A stretch of DNA of 15,503 nucleotides from Chthonomonadales bacterium. Lineage in GTDB: Bacteria; Armatimonadota; Chthonomonadetes; Chthonomonadales; Chthonomonadaceae. Below the pieces are notes generated by a model. It did not search any database. It was not told the origin of the DNA and saw nothing but the letters and a program-made list of their open reading frames with translations. Position numbers and translations under genes: made by a program. This document shows positions 7,702 to 15,267 of the stretch, piece by piece. The stretch covers positions 1 to 15,503 of the forward strand of contig JBBQPO010000144.1 in the NCBI GenBank assembly GCA_038217285.1. The letters are read 5' to 3'. Position 1 is the stretch's first letter. Every line of letters begins with the position of its first letter.

Positions 7702-8886
7702 ATGACGCCGATTGATGTAGAGCGCGCTCGACGGGAGACTCCGGGCTGTGCGCAGGTACTGCATTTCAACAACGCCGGAGCGTCTTTACCGCCTCAGACG
7801 GTCACGGAGACGATGGTCGACTATCTGCGAAGGGAGTCAGAACTCGGCGGCTATGAGGTGGAGTTGGAGCGTGAGGAGGCGATAAGTAACACCTATACCG
7901 CGCTGGCAACGATGCTCCACTGCCGCCGGGAGGAGATCGCTTATGCCGAAAGTGCGACCCGCGCGTGGGACATGGCTTTCTACGGGATTCCCCTGCGGCC
8001 GGGCGACCGCATTCTGACGGGCCGGATGGAGTATGGCAGCAACTGGATCGCGATGCTGCAGAGGGCGCGGCAGACAGGGGCGGTCATCGAGGTCGTGCCG
8101 AGCGACGAAACCGGGCAGATCTGTGTCGAGGCGTTGCGGGGGATGCTGGATGAGCGGGTCAAGCTGATCGCGCTGACGCACATTCCCACCAATGGCGGCC
8201 TGGTCAATCCTGCGGCGGAGGTAGGAAAGATCGCGCGGCAGGCCGGTATTCTCTACCTGCTGGACGCCTGTCAGTCGGCGGGCCAGATGCCGCTCGATGT
8301 TGAGCAGATCGGCTGCGATTTTCTCTCCGCGACCGGACGGAAGTTCCTGCGCGGCCCACGCGGGACCGGCTTTCTCTACGTGCGTGAGTCTGCGCTAGAG
8401 AGGTTGGAGCCGCCGTTCCTGGATATGGCCGCTGCAGAGTGGGTCTCTCGCGACGCCTACCGTCTGCAACCGGACGCGCGGCGTTTCGAAGCGTTCGAGG
8501 CCAACTTCGCGGCTAAAATCGGTCTGGGAGTCGCCGTAGACTACGCACTGCACTGGGGTCTCGACGCGATCCAGGACCGCATCCGCGTCCTGGCCACAAC
8601 CCTGCGAGCACGACTCACGGCACTGCCGGGCGTCACCGTACACGATCTGGGGAAGGAGCAGTGCGGTATAGTCACCTTCACCGTGGACAGACACGATCCC
8701 TGGGATCTCCGCACCCGTCTCGCCGACCAGAGCATCCATATCTGGACGTCCAATCCCGGCGGCACGCGCCTCGACATGGAAGCTCGCCACCTCACCCGGC
8801 TGGCCCGCGCCTCCGTCCATTACTACAATACCGAAGAAGAGATCGACCGCTTCTGCACGACACTGGCCTCTATGACGGCCGCCTAA
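7702..8886 (+). CDS. Class V-fold PLP-dependent enzyme (cysteine desulfurase/C-S lyase-like), 394 aa
   Basis: ATG 7702. LHFNNAGAS, LLDACQSAG, the PLP-lysine motif ATGRKFLRGPRGTG and RASVHYYNTEEEI. Confidence 0.9.
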   Translation: MTPIDVERARRETPGCAQVLHFNNAGASLPPQTVTETMVDYLRRESELGGYEVELEREEAISNTYTALATMLHCRREEIAYAESATRAWDMAFYGIPLRPGDRILTGRMEYGSNWIAMLQRARQTGAVIEVVPSDETGQICVEALRGMLDERVKLIALTHIPTNGGLVNPAAEVGKIARQAGILYLLDACQSAGQMPLDVEQIGCDFLSATGRKFLRGPRGTGFLYVRESALERLEPPFLDMAAAEWVSRDAYRLQPDARRFEAFEANFAAKIGLGVAVDYALHWGLDAIQDRIRVLATTLRARLTALPGVTVHDLGKEQCGIVTFTVDRHDPWDLRTRLADQSIHIWTSNPGGTRLDMEARHLTRLARASVHYYNTEEEIDRFCTTLASMTAA

Positions 8887-8907
8887 TGCCGTGCCAATTC
8901 CGGTCAA

Positions 8908-8939
8908 GAAGATCGGGGAGCCAAATGGCTCCCCGCTTC
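8908..8939. terminator. GC-rich hairpin between convergent genes, a likely shared terminator
   Basis: CGGGGAGCCA (8914-8923) / TGGCTCCCCG (8926-8935) is a perfect 10-bp inverted repeat, extendable by GAAG/CTTC. It lies between the stops at 8886 (+) and 8944 (-). There is no long U-tract. Confidence 0.65.
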
Positions 8940-8943
8940 GTCG

Positions 8944-9276
8944 TCAGTTTTTGGTGGTGCGCCGGGAGGCTCGGCGCATCCATGCGCCTGTGCCGACACG
9001 CTCCATACCGCCGGTCGTTTCCAGCGAATAGGTGGCGTGTGCCGCTCGCAGACGGGCCAGTTGCGCCAGTGTGTCCGGTGCGGCTTCGGTTTCGGGAGAG
9101 TGCGGGGTCTGGGCGTCGGGTGCCCCCGCTGCGAGCAGTGCGAGCAGCCGCTCCAGCGCCGCATCCCGCGCCTGCTCTTCCGCCCTTAGGCGGGGAAGTC
9201 GATGGGACATTTCACGGCGCGGTGTTTTCGTCTCCTGCAAGTTTGTGTTCATCGTAGTAGTCATTGTGCTGTCCAT
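8944..9276 (-). CDS. Hypothetical protein, 110 aa, no recognised domain
   Basis: RBS GAAAGGA 5 nt before ATG 9276. Ala/Arg/Leu/Glu-rich helical composition. Ends just before the hairpin at 8914-8935. Confidence 0.6.
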   Translation of the reverse strand: MDSTMTTTMNTNLQETKTPRREMSHRLPRLRAEEQARDAALERLLALLAAGAPDAQTPHSPETEAAPDTLAQLARLRAAHATYSLETTGGMERVGTGAWMRRASRRTTKN

Positions 9277-9500
9277 CCTGGTCCTTTCTCTGGCCTTTAC
9301 CGCAACAGTGCGAAGGCTCTCCTGCATCCTCTCGTCGGGAAGAGGCTTGCTTATGCTAAAACTCCGTTTGGTGGCTATCGTGACTGCGTCACGGTGCGCT
9401 CCTTTGTCGTACACTCTGTCACTCCGCTGGTTCCCGCGAAAACGGAAGGCGCTTTTGCGTGTTTGCGAGCAAACACGAGTCTGTTTCCGCTTTCACTCAT

Positions 9501-9535
9501 AAAAAATCCCGCCCGGAGATTGGCTTCCGGCGGGG
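9501..9535 (-). terminator. Intrinsic terminator upstream of the 110-aa ORF
   Basis: The minus strand reads CCCGCCGGA-AGCCAAUC-UCCGG(G)CGGG-A-UUUUUU: a 9-bp GC stem with one bulge followed by U6. Confidence 0.8.
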
Positions 9536-9775
9536 CAACTCAAGAGGGCGTCGCAAGGGCTGGCGACGTGTCCGAATGTGGACACATCGTTACCTATGTT
9601 GCAACCCTCCCGGGGCCTTGCCGGAAAAGCAAACTCCTGTGTATTGGCCTGTCATTGCGTGCAATGGTTCTCCCGAAAGATGAGACCGGTTAAAAAGTTA
9701 GCCCCGGCATCGGCAATACGAAACGATATTATCAGGAACTTCTTCACGGAGGTTTTTGGCTCCGTTTGCGCTTAC
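9501..9775 (-). ncRNA. Candidate structured leader (riboswitch/attenuator) or sRNA, family not recognised
   Basis: Bounded by an ECF-like promoter motif and an intrinsic terminator, with several helices and mutually exclusive pairings (see findings). Confidence 0.45.
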
Positions 9776-9780
9776 ACTCT

Positions 9781-9812
9781 ATTAGACAGAAACCGACAGC
9801 CTTTGGTTTCAC
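9781..9812 (-). promoter_or_regulatory. Putative ECF-sigma promoter
   Basis: Minus strand GTGAAAC-N18-GTCTAAT resembles ECF -35 (TGAAAC) and -10 (GTCTAA) elements. Confidence 0.5.
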
Positions 9813-9881
9813 CCTATCGCGTCTTTTTTCACAGATCGTTATCGAAGCGAGTACGCGCTTTGCTAAACGGATCTTTCAGCC

Positions 9882-9910
9882 TTGACTCCTTGGACCCTTA
9901 ATGGTATGAT
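9882..9910 (+). promoter_or_regulatory. Sigma70-type promoter with extended -10
   Basis: TTGACT-N17-TATGAT, with TG at 9902-9903 (TGnTATGAT), upstream of the 9987 gene. Confidence 0.75.
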
Positions 9911-9938
9911 GCAAACAGTCGGGCTTCGGCGAACGACC

Positions 9939-9969
9939 GTGAACACTTACGGCTCGGAAGCGGTCTAAT
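9939..9969 (+). promoter_or_regulatory. Putative ECF-sigma promoter
   Basis: GTGAAC-N18-GTCTAAT directly ahead of the RBS of the 9987 gene. Same motif and spacing as the divergent site at 9781-9812. Confidence 0.45.
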
Positions 9970-9986
9970 GAGGGGGAGGTGCGCTG

Positions 9987-10889
9987 ATGAAATGTAGTCG
10001 CTGTTCTGCGGAGATACCCGCACAATCTCAATTCTGCCTGCGCTGTGGCACGCCCGTGCGTGGCAGCGCGCCTTCCATGACCGGCCCCGTCCGCCCCACC
10101 GCTCCCGCCGTGCCGTTCGCTCAACCCAAATCGAATCGCAATCCGATGCTGATCATCGTGATCGTGCTGCTGCTGGCCGTGATGAGCCTGGGCGCGATGC
10201 TGATGGTGCAGAAGGCTGCCAGGAGCGACAACGGCAAACTGGTCACCGCTCCCGCCAACTCCGGCCCCGGCGGTCTCGTTCAGAAACCGGCCGAGGCGAA
10301 TCCCAATACGACCGTCCAGGCTCCCGCAGAAGCACACCCTAACGGGGTGGTTCAGCAGCCCGACACGACTCAGCCTTTTCCGGCGGATATCGACGACTAC
10401 CTCAAATTCGTCAAGCGCATCGAGCAGAAAAAGCAGGTGCTTATGCGTGCCCAACTCGGCGATGCCCTTCTGATGCTGACACAGGTGAAAGGTCTCTCCG
10501 CAACGATCGAAGAGAAGGACTACACCGACGCGTTCAAAAACATGAAAACGACCATGCAAAAAAATTCGTCGGACTGGAACGCGCTGACGCAGGAGTTCAA
10601 TGGCAGACAGCCGCCGTCCGCCTGTGTCGATCTGCGCAACAAGTTCCTCGATCAACTCGGCAAGATACAGGCCTCCCTGTTCGCGGTCAACGACGCCATC
10701 TCCCATGTCCAGACTGATCCGAGCAGTGTGCTGCACGACCTGACGCAGATGCAGGGGAAAAGCTCGGCTGACGTAGACGCTTCGATTGAAGCGGCGGACA
10801 GCGCCCTCGCCGATGTCTGCGACAAGTACCGTCTCAAAAAGGATTTCAGTATAAGCAGCGATTCCGGCTCCTCTGGCCTGCTTCGTTAG
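9987..10889 (+). CDS. Zinc-ribbon domain, single-pass membrane protein
   Basis: CSRC-x10-CLRCG at the N-terminus, a Pro-rich linker, one TM segment (MLIIVIVLLLAVMSLGAMLMV), a second Pro/Gln-rich linker and a helical C-terminal domain with two Cys. RBS GGGGAGGT. Confidence 0.85.
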   Translation: MKCSRCSAEIPAQSQFCLRCGTPVRGSAPSMTGPVRPTAPAVPFAQPKSNRNPMLIIVIVLLLAVMSLGAMLMVQKAARSDNGKLVTAPANSGPGGLVQKPAEANPNTTVQAPAEAHPNGVVQQPDTTQPFPADIDDYLKFVKRIEQKKQVLMRAQLGDALLMLTQVKGLSATIEEKDYTDAFKNMKTTMQKNSSDWNALTQEFNGRQPPSACVDLRNKFLDQLGKIQASLFAVNDAISHVQTDPSSVLHDLTQMQGKSSADVDASIEAADSALADVCDKYRLKKDFSISSDSGSSGLLR

Positions 10890-10932
10890 TGCGGAGAAAT
10901 TGGAGGACGGTTCCCTGTGAGCCGCGGTCGAG

Positions 10933-12993
10933 CTATGGCCAGGGGAACGAGGGCGTGGGTGTGAAGCGGTCGTAGAGGGCGGGCAGCGTGAACAGGATAG
11001 CCGTGGTGAACTCGCCCAGCACCATGCCCAGAAAGAGCGGGCGGGCGCGAGAGTAGAGCCGCATCCCGCCATAGCGCAGAATGAGAACTTTGAGCAGCCA
11101 GGCCACGAAACAGGGGAACCAGAAGACCATCATCGTCCAGGTTCCCGACAGCGCATAGCCGAGCGGATGCAGAGGAAACCAGAGCAGACGGGTGCGCAGA
11201 GTCGTGATCAGAACGGTGACGACCACGCCGATGATGAAGTTGAGCGTCCCGACGAACGGTAACGGCCCCTGCGACCGGTTCAGGACCGTCGCCGCATTCT
11301 GGAATGCCCAGACCGGATTGCCCTGATAGACATAGCCGTACATCTGCACCGCGCCGAGCTTGTAGGGCAGCGAGATATGCAGATAGCCCGCGACGCCGAG
11401 CGCGACCGTCAGCGCAAGCCCGAACACCCCGACCAGCGACCGCCGTTTTACCCGTACCCCGTCCGCGAACTTCATGGAGTCGAGAAATCCGGTCAGGATG
11501 AGGCCGCGTTGATCGCGCATCCAGAGGCCGTCCAGGAAGGCCAGCGCCGTCAGGTTGGCGTTGCCGAGGTTGCGCGGGTCGCCGATCATGCGGTAGATAT
11601 CTATGGGCCGGAACGACGTCTCGGTCATCAGCATACCCGACTCGCTTACGCTGCGCGCCATCACCAGCGCCACGACGAACAGCAGGACGACCAGCTCGAA
11701 CAGCGCGAGCCAGTAGGACATCCCGAACATCCAGAGCCAGCCCCCCGACAGCGCTACGCACGCGACCAGCCCCCAGAAGGCCGTTCGGTACGACAGCACC
11801 TCGTCGTCCTCCTCCGGCAGCAGCGGCTGCCGCCGAAAGCGGGTCGCCGCCGCCCAGACCCGCCGCAGATGCGGCCGGGCCGCATAGAGCATATAGCCCA
11901 CCAGCACGAGATAACAGCCGATGATCTGATACCCGACGAACAGCTTGCAGCCGTACATCGGCATCGTCTCCGGTTCGTACCCCATTCCCGCCGCGCCCAC
12001 CTCCTCCATCTTCACGAACAGAAAGAAAAACCAGAGCGAAAACAGCAGATCCGTCGGCAGCAGATAGAAGAAGCCTATCGCCGCGAACGACAGATAGATA
12101 TGGAAGAAGCCCATCTGACTGTAGGGCGGCTGTGTGAAGAAGGCGTTGAGGTCGACGTCGGTGATGATGTCGGGAATCGAGGGATAGTACTGATGCAGAC
12201 CTTTGAAGCCGAAGACGAACGCGGCGATCCCGAATCCGATCCAGGTGAGACCGTTTTTGAGGAAGCCGCTCGTCTGCGCCATGCCCGGCCCCGTCGCGTC
12301 CCCGCGTATCATCTCCAGCGGCAACTGCACGAGGGGAAAGGAGAGCTTCTCGTTGTCTACCCACTGCCGCCGCAGTATCACGGCCAGGCAGAGATAGGCC
12401 GAGAAGATCAGCGCGACAAAGACGCCCCACGCCGCCAGCGGCACGATCCAGGCCTGCCAGGGAAGACGTTCTCCGGGCCGCAGCGCCTCGAAAAAGGCGG
12501 TCGAGACGAACTGTTTGGCCGGGCCATGGACGTCCCAGGGCACCGCCCACTGCGGGATAAACTTCGTGAACAGCTCCTGCCAGTGATTTTCGGGAACGGC
12601 GTTGTAGTTGGGAACGACGAGCAGGGGGATCAGTTTCTGCAGCAGCCCGCGTGAGGAGACCATCGAGGCGAACAGCATCATGATATAGATCGTGAACAGT
12701 TCATGCGGCTGTAAGCGCAGCCGTGGCGAGAGCCTCCGGAGCGCCGCCTGCGCCCCGAGCAGCAGCACCAACATGCCGACCACGGCAGGCGGCAGTTGCA
12801 AAAACCCGATCTGTATCTTGCCGACGACAAGCTCCGCATAGCAGACCACCACACAGGTCACGACCACGCAGAGCAGCCCAATCAGCAGTCCCGGCCAGGA
12901 CAGTGCGCTGACGCGCTTCCCGGACGAGGCCGGAGTGTCCTGAATCGTCTCCGGCGTCTCCGGTGGTCGTTGCTGCGGTACCGATTCAGCCAC
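10933..12993 (-). CDS. Polytopic membrane protein, DUF6785/DUF6784-like (putative transporter), 686 aa
   Basis: Many hydrophobic segments and motifs recalled from that family (LRRQWVDNEKLSFPLVQLP, WFPLHPLGY, ILRYGGMRLY..ARPLFLG). GTG start with RBS GAGGGAGG. Family assigned from memory, not from a search. Confidence 0.75.
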   Translation of the reverse strand: MAESVPQQRPPETPETIQDTPASSGKRVSALSWPGLLIGLLCVVVTCVVVCYAELVVGKIQIGFLQLPPAVVGMLVLLLGAQAALRRLSPRLRLQPHELFTIYIMMLFASMVSSRGLLQKLIPLLVVPNYNAVPENHWQELFTKFIPQWAVPWDVHGPAKQFVSTAFFEALRPGERLPWQAWIVPLAAWGVFVALIFSAYLCLAVILRRQWVDNEKLSFPLVQLPLEMIRGDATGPGMAQTSGFLKNGLTWIGFGIAAFVFGFKGLHQYYPSIPDIITDVDLNAFFTQPPYSQMGFFHIYLSFAAIGFFYLLPTDLLFSLWFFFLFVKMEEVGAAGMGYEPETMPMYGCKLFVGYQIIGCYLVLVGYMLYAARPHLRRVWAAATRFRRQPLLPEEDDEVLSYRTAFWGLVACVALSGGWLWMFGMSYWLALFELVVLLFVVALVMARSVSESGMLMTETSFRPIDIYRMIGDPRNLGNANLTALAFLDGLWMRDQRGLILTGFLDSMKFADGVRVKRRSLVGVFGLALTVALGVAGYLHISLPYKLGAVQMYGYVYQGNPVWAFQNAATVLNRSQGPLPFVGTLNFIIGVVVTVLITTLRTRLLWFPLHPLGYALSGTWTMMVFWFPCFVAWLLKVLILRYGGMRLYSRARPLFLGMVLGEFTTAILFTLPALYDRFTPTPSFPWP

Positions 12994-13042
12994 CCTCGAA
13001 CCTCCCTCGGCTCTCGAATAGAAAATAGTGACGGCTTCGCGG

Positions 13043-13573
13043 CTACCAGAGGATCGATCCGGGATACTTGCGAGCGAGGCGGGCGTCCAGGCCGAACGTG
13101 CGGCCCGGGCCGACCATGAGGAACGCCACCTCCAGCATCAGGAACGCCTCGTTGAGCATCTGCCACTGTGCGCCCTGCTGCCAGTAGCCAAGCAGATAGG
13201 CGAGGTTCAGGCCCAGCGCGTAGAGCGCAGCGCCCCGGCTGAACAGCCCCAGCGTGAGGAGCAGACCGACCACGATCTCGCCAAGAACGATAAGCGCGGT
13301 GAACAGCGCGTTATGCGGCACGACGGTCTGTGTCAGGAAGTTGCTGAAACCCTGCAGCGCCGTCCCCCGCTGCGATTCGGCGATTCGCGTGGCGGCCATC
13401 GCCAGTTGGTGCGCCCCGATCCAGGACCATTTCTCCATGCCGGACACCAGAAACATCAGTCCGACGAAGATCCGCAGCAGCGCGAAGGCGGCGCCTGTTG
13501 TCTGTGGTTTCGCACCCGGCGCAGCGGAACCGCTCTTTCCGGCGCGGCTTGCGCCGCCCTCAGACCGTCGCAC
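13043..13573 (-). CDS. DoxX/DoxD family membrane protein
   Basis: ALLRIFVGLMFLVSGMEKW, GEIVVGLLLTLGLFSR and GPGRTFGLD are DoxX hallmarks. The start is uncertain; it overlaps the upstream gene by 14 bp. Confidence 0.85.
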   Translation of the reverse strand: MRRSEGGASRAGKSGSAAPGAKPQTTGAAFALLRIFVGLMFLVSGMEKWSWIGAHQLAMAATRIAESQRGTALQGFSNFLTQTVVPHNALFTALIVLGEIVVGLLLTLGLFSRGAALYALGLNLAYLLGYWQQGAQWQMLNEAFLMLEVAFLMVGPGRTFGLDARLARKYPGSILW

Positions 13574-13982
13574 CGCTGTGTTCCCGCCGCAGCGCCAGGG
13601 CGACCAGGATGCAGGCTCCTCCTGCCACGACCTGCAGGGAGAGAGAGCTGGCGAGATTGTAAGCGGCGGTCGAATCGGACCCCGGCTGCATCCAGATATA
13701 GGGAATCTTCAGATGCGCGGCCGTTCGGATCGTCTCCTCGGTGATCTGCGGCGGCGTCACGGTCACCACGCAGTCGAGGGGACCGGGAACGTTGTCGAGC
13801 GTGGGATAGCAGGGCTCGTCGTCGATTGTCTCCGCATTCGGGTTCACGGCGAAGACGGTATAGCCCGCCAGTTTCAGGGCGCGGTAGACCTTATACCCAT
13901 ACTTTTCGGGGTCGCGGGAGACTCCGGTCACCGCGAAACGACGCTGATCCATGACATGGTCGATAAGGGCCTGTTTTGACAC
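13560..13982 (-). CDS. CoA-binding protein (YccU-like), 140 aa
   Basis: FAVTGVSRDPEKYGYKV, VFAVNP, CYPTLDNVP, IWMQPGS and VVAGGACI. GTG 13982 follows AAAGGA. The TTG start in the ORF track is the -35 box. Confidence 0.9.
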   Translation of the reverse strand: MSKQALIDHVMDQRRFAVTGVSRDPEKYGYKVYRALKLAGYTVFAVNPNAETIDDEPCYPTLDNVPGPLDCVVTVTPPQITEETIRTAAHLKIPYIWMQPGSDSTAAYNLASSLSLQVVAGGACILVALALRREHSGATV

Positions 13983-14031
13983 GATAATGGCTTGTCCTTT
14001 GGTGAAAATGCGGTGTGCGGTCGTCGCTCTC

Positions 14032-14060
14032 ATTGTAGCGACTTTCCCGCCCTCTGTCAA
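14032..14060 (-). promoter_or_regulatory. Near-consensus sigma70 promoter for the CoA-binding/DoxX/DUF6785 genes
   Basis: Minus strand TTGACA-N17-TACAAT. Confidence 0.85.
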
Positions 14061-14085
14061 TCGTCGATTAGGGATGGGAAGGCTC

Positions 14086-15267
14086 TTATTTGAGGCGTTG
14101 CGCGCCCTGCGCAGCCGTGGTGACGATGATCGTCGTGGTGAGGCCGGTGGCCTGGCGATAGCGTTCCGGGACTTCGTGCTGGAACCTCTCCACGGCCTCC
14201 GTCGCGACGAGACTGACGGTACAGCCGCCGAAGCCTGCGCCGGTCATACGCGCTCCATAGACGCCTTCCACGGATCGCGCCGCCTCAGCCAGTGCGTCCA
14301 GCTCTTTGCAGCTCACCTCATAGTCGACCTGCAGGCTGGTATGGGAGGCGTTCATCAGCTCCCCGAAACGGGTGATGTCTCCGGCTTTCAGGGCGGCGAC
14401 TCCCTCCAGGGTGCGGGCGTCCTCCGTCACGACATGGCGGGCGCGGCGGCGCGTCACTTCCGGCAGCCTGTCGGCAAAGCGTTCGAAATCTTCCAGCGTC
14501 ACATCACGCAGCGCCTTGATCTCCGGCAGAAACTCTTTGAGGATCTCCACGGCGCGCTCGCACTCGGCACGGCGCGTGTTGTACTCGGAGTCGACCAGGC
14601 CGCGCTTCTTGTTGGTGTCGGCGATGACGATGGCGACCCCGGACTGCGGCAGGGGAACCGCTTCATACGTGAGGGAGCGGGTATCGATCAGCAGCGCATG
14701 GTCTTTCCGGCCCAGAGCGGAGATAAACTGATCCATGATCCCGACGTTCACGCCCACGAACTCCCGCTCGGCCCGCTGCGCCAGAAGTGCCAGCCGTACC
14801 GGCTCCAACTCCAGCCCCGCGCCTGCTGCGAAGGCCAGCCCGCCCGCCACCAGCATCGCTGCCGAAGAGGAGAGGCCCGCCCCCAGTGGCACGTCTCCGA
14901 GCGTCACACAGTTCATGCCCTGTGTTCCCAGCCCTTCGGCGTGCAGCACCCAGGCCATGGCCCGCAGATAGTTGCTCCAGCGCTCGCGACCTTCGGTCGC
15001 GGGCTGCACATCGTCGAGCGTGAAGGTGGAGGACTGATTGAAATTCAGTGCGCAGGCCCGCACCTGCCGGTCGTTACGTGGCGCGGCGGCGATCAGGACA
15101 TCGCGGTCGATGGCGGCTGGGAAGACGAAGCCGTCGTTATAGTCCGTATGTTCGCCAATCAGGTTGACGCGCCCCGGCGCGCGCACCAGTATGGTCGGCT
15201 CCATGCCGAAAAGCTCCTTAAACCGGCTTTCAATCTCCGCTGTCTTGGCGGATTCGTTTGTGTTCAT
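14086..15267 (-). CDS. galK: Galactokinase
   Basis: GRVNLIGEHTDY signature, the GHMP motif PLGAGLSSSAA, GIMDQF, SEYNTRRAEC and GARMTGAGFGG. Confidence 0.97.
   Translation of the reverse strand: MNTNESAKTAEIESRFKELFGMEPTILVRAPGRVNLIGEHTDYNDGFVFPAAIDRDVLIAAAPRNDRQVRACALNFNQSSTFTLDDVQPATEGRERWSNYLRAMAWVLHAEGLGTQGMNCVTLGDVPLGAGLSSSAAMLVAGGLAFAAGAGLELEPVRLALLAQRAEREFVGVNVGIMDQFISALGRKDHALLIDTRSLTYEAVPLPQSGVAIVIADTNKKRGLVDSEYNTRRAECERAVEILKEFLPEIKALRDVTLEDFERFADRLPEVTRRRARHVVTEDARTLEGVAALKAGDITRFGELMNASHTSLQVDYEVSCKELDALAEAARSVEGVYGARMTGAGFGGCTVSLVATEAVERFQHEVPERYRQATGLTTTIIVTTAAQGAQRLK

Noticed and set aside
8890-8902. GTGCCAATTCC, similar to part of the SAM-I riboswitch
   Set aside because: The rest of the aptamer is absent, and the site lies directly after a stop codon between convergent genes.
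9032-9502. Plus-strand ORF with a hydrophobic stretch (FVFIVVVIVLSILVLSLAF), considered as a type I toxin
   Set aside because: The hydrophobicity mirrors the Thr/Met/Asn codons and purine-rich RBS on the opposite strand. There is no suitable RBS or start.
9540-9625. Resemblance to the SAH riboswitch (GAGGGUUGCAAC...GCCAG...CGACGCCCUC) and to the ykkC 3' motif (GCCCCGGGAG)
   Set aside because: P1 and linker geometry do not fit, core nucleotides differ, and the downstream gene is unrelated. An Rfam scan is needed to exclude these formally.
9531-9706. Possible 6S RNA (ends pair across ~176 nt)
   Set aside because: The terminal helix does not extend into the long rod with a central bubble expected of 6S.
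105-15267. Galactose-utilisation locus linking the GH110-like gene and galK
   Set aside because: They are over 12 kb apart with unrelated genes between them, and there is no galT, galE or sugar regulator in the window.
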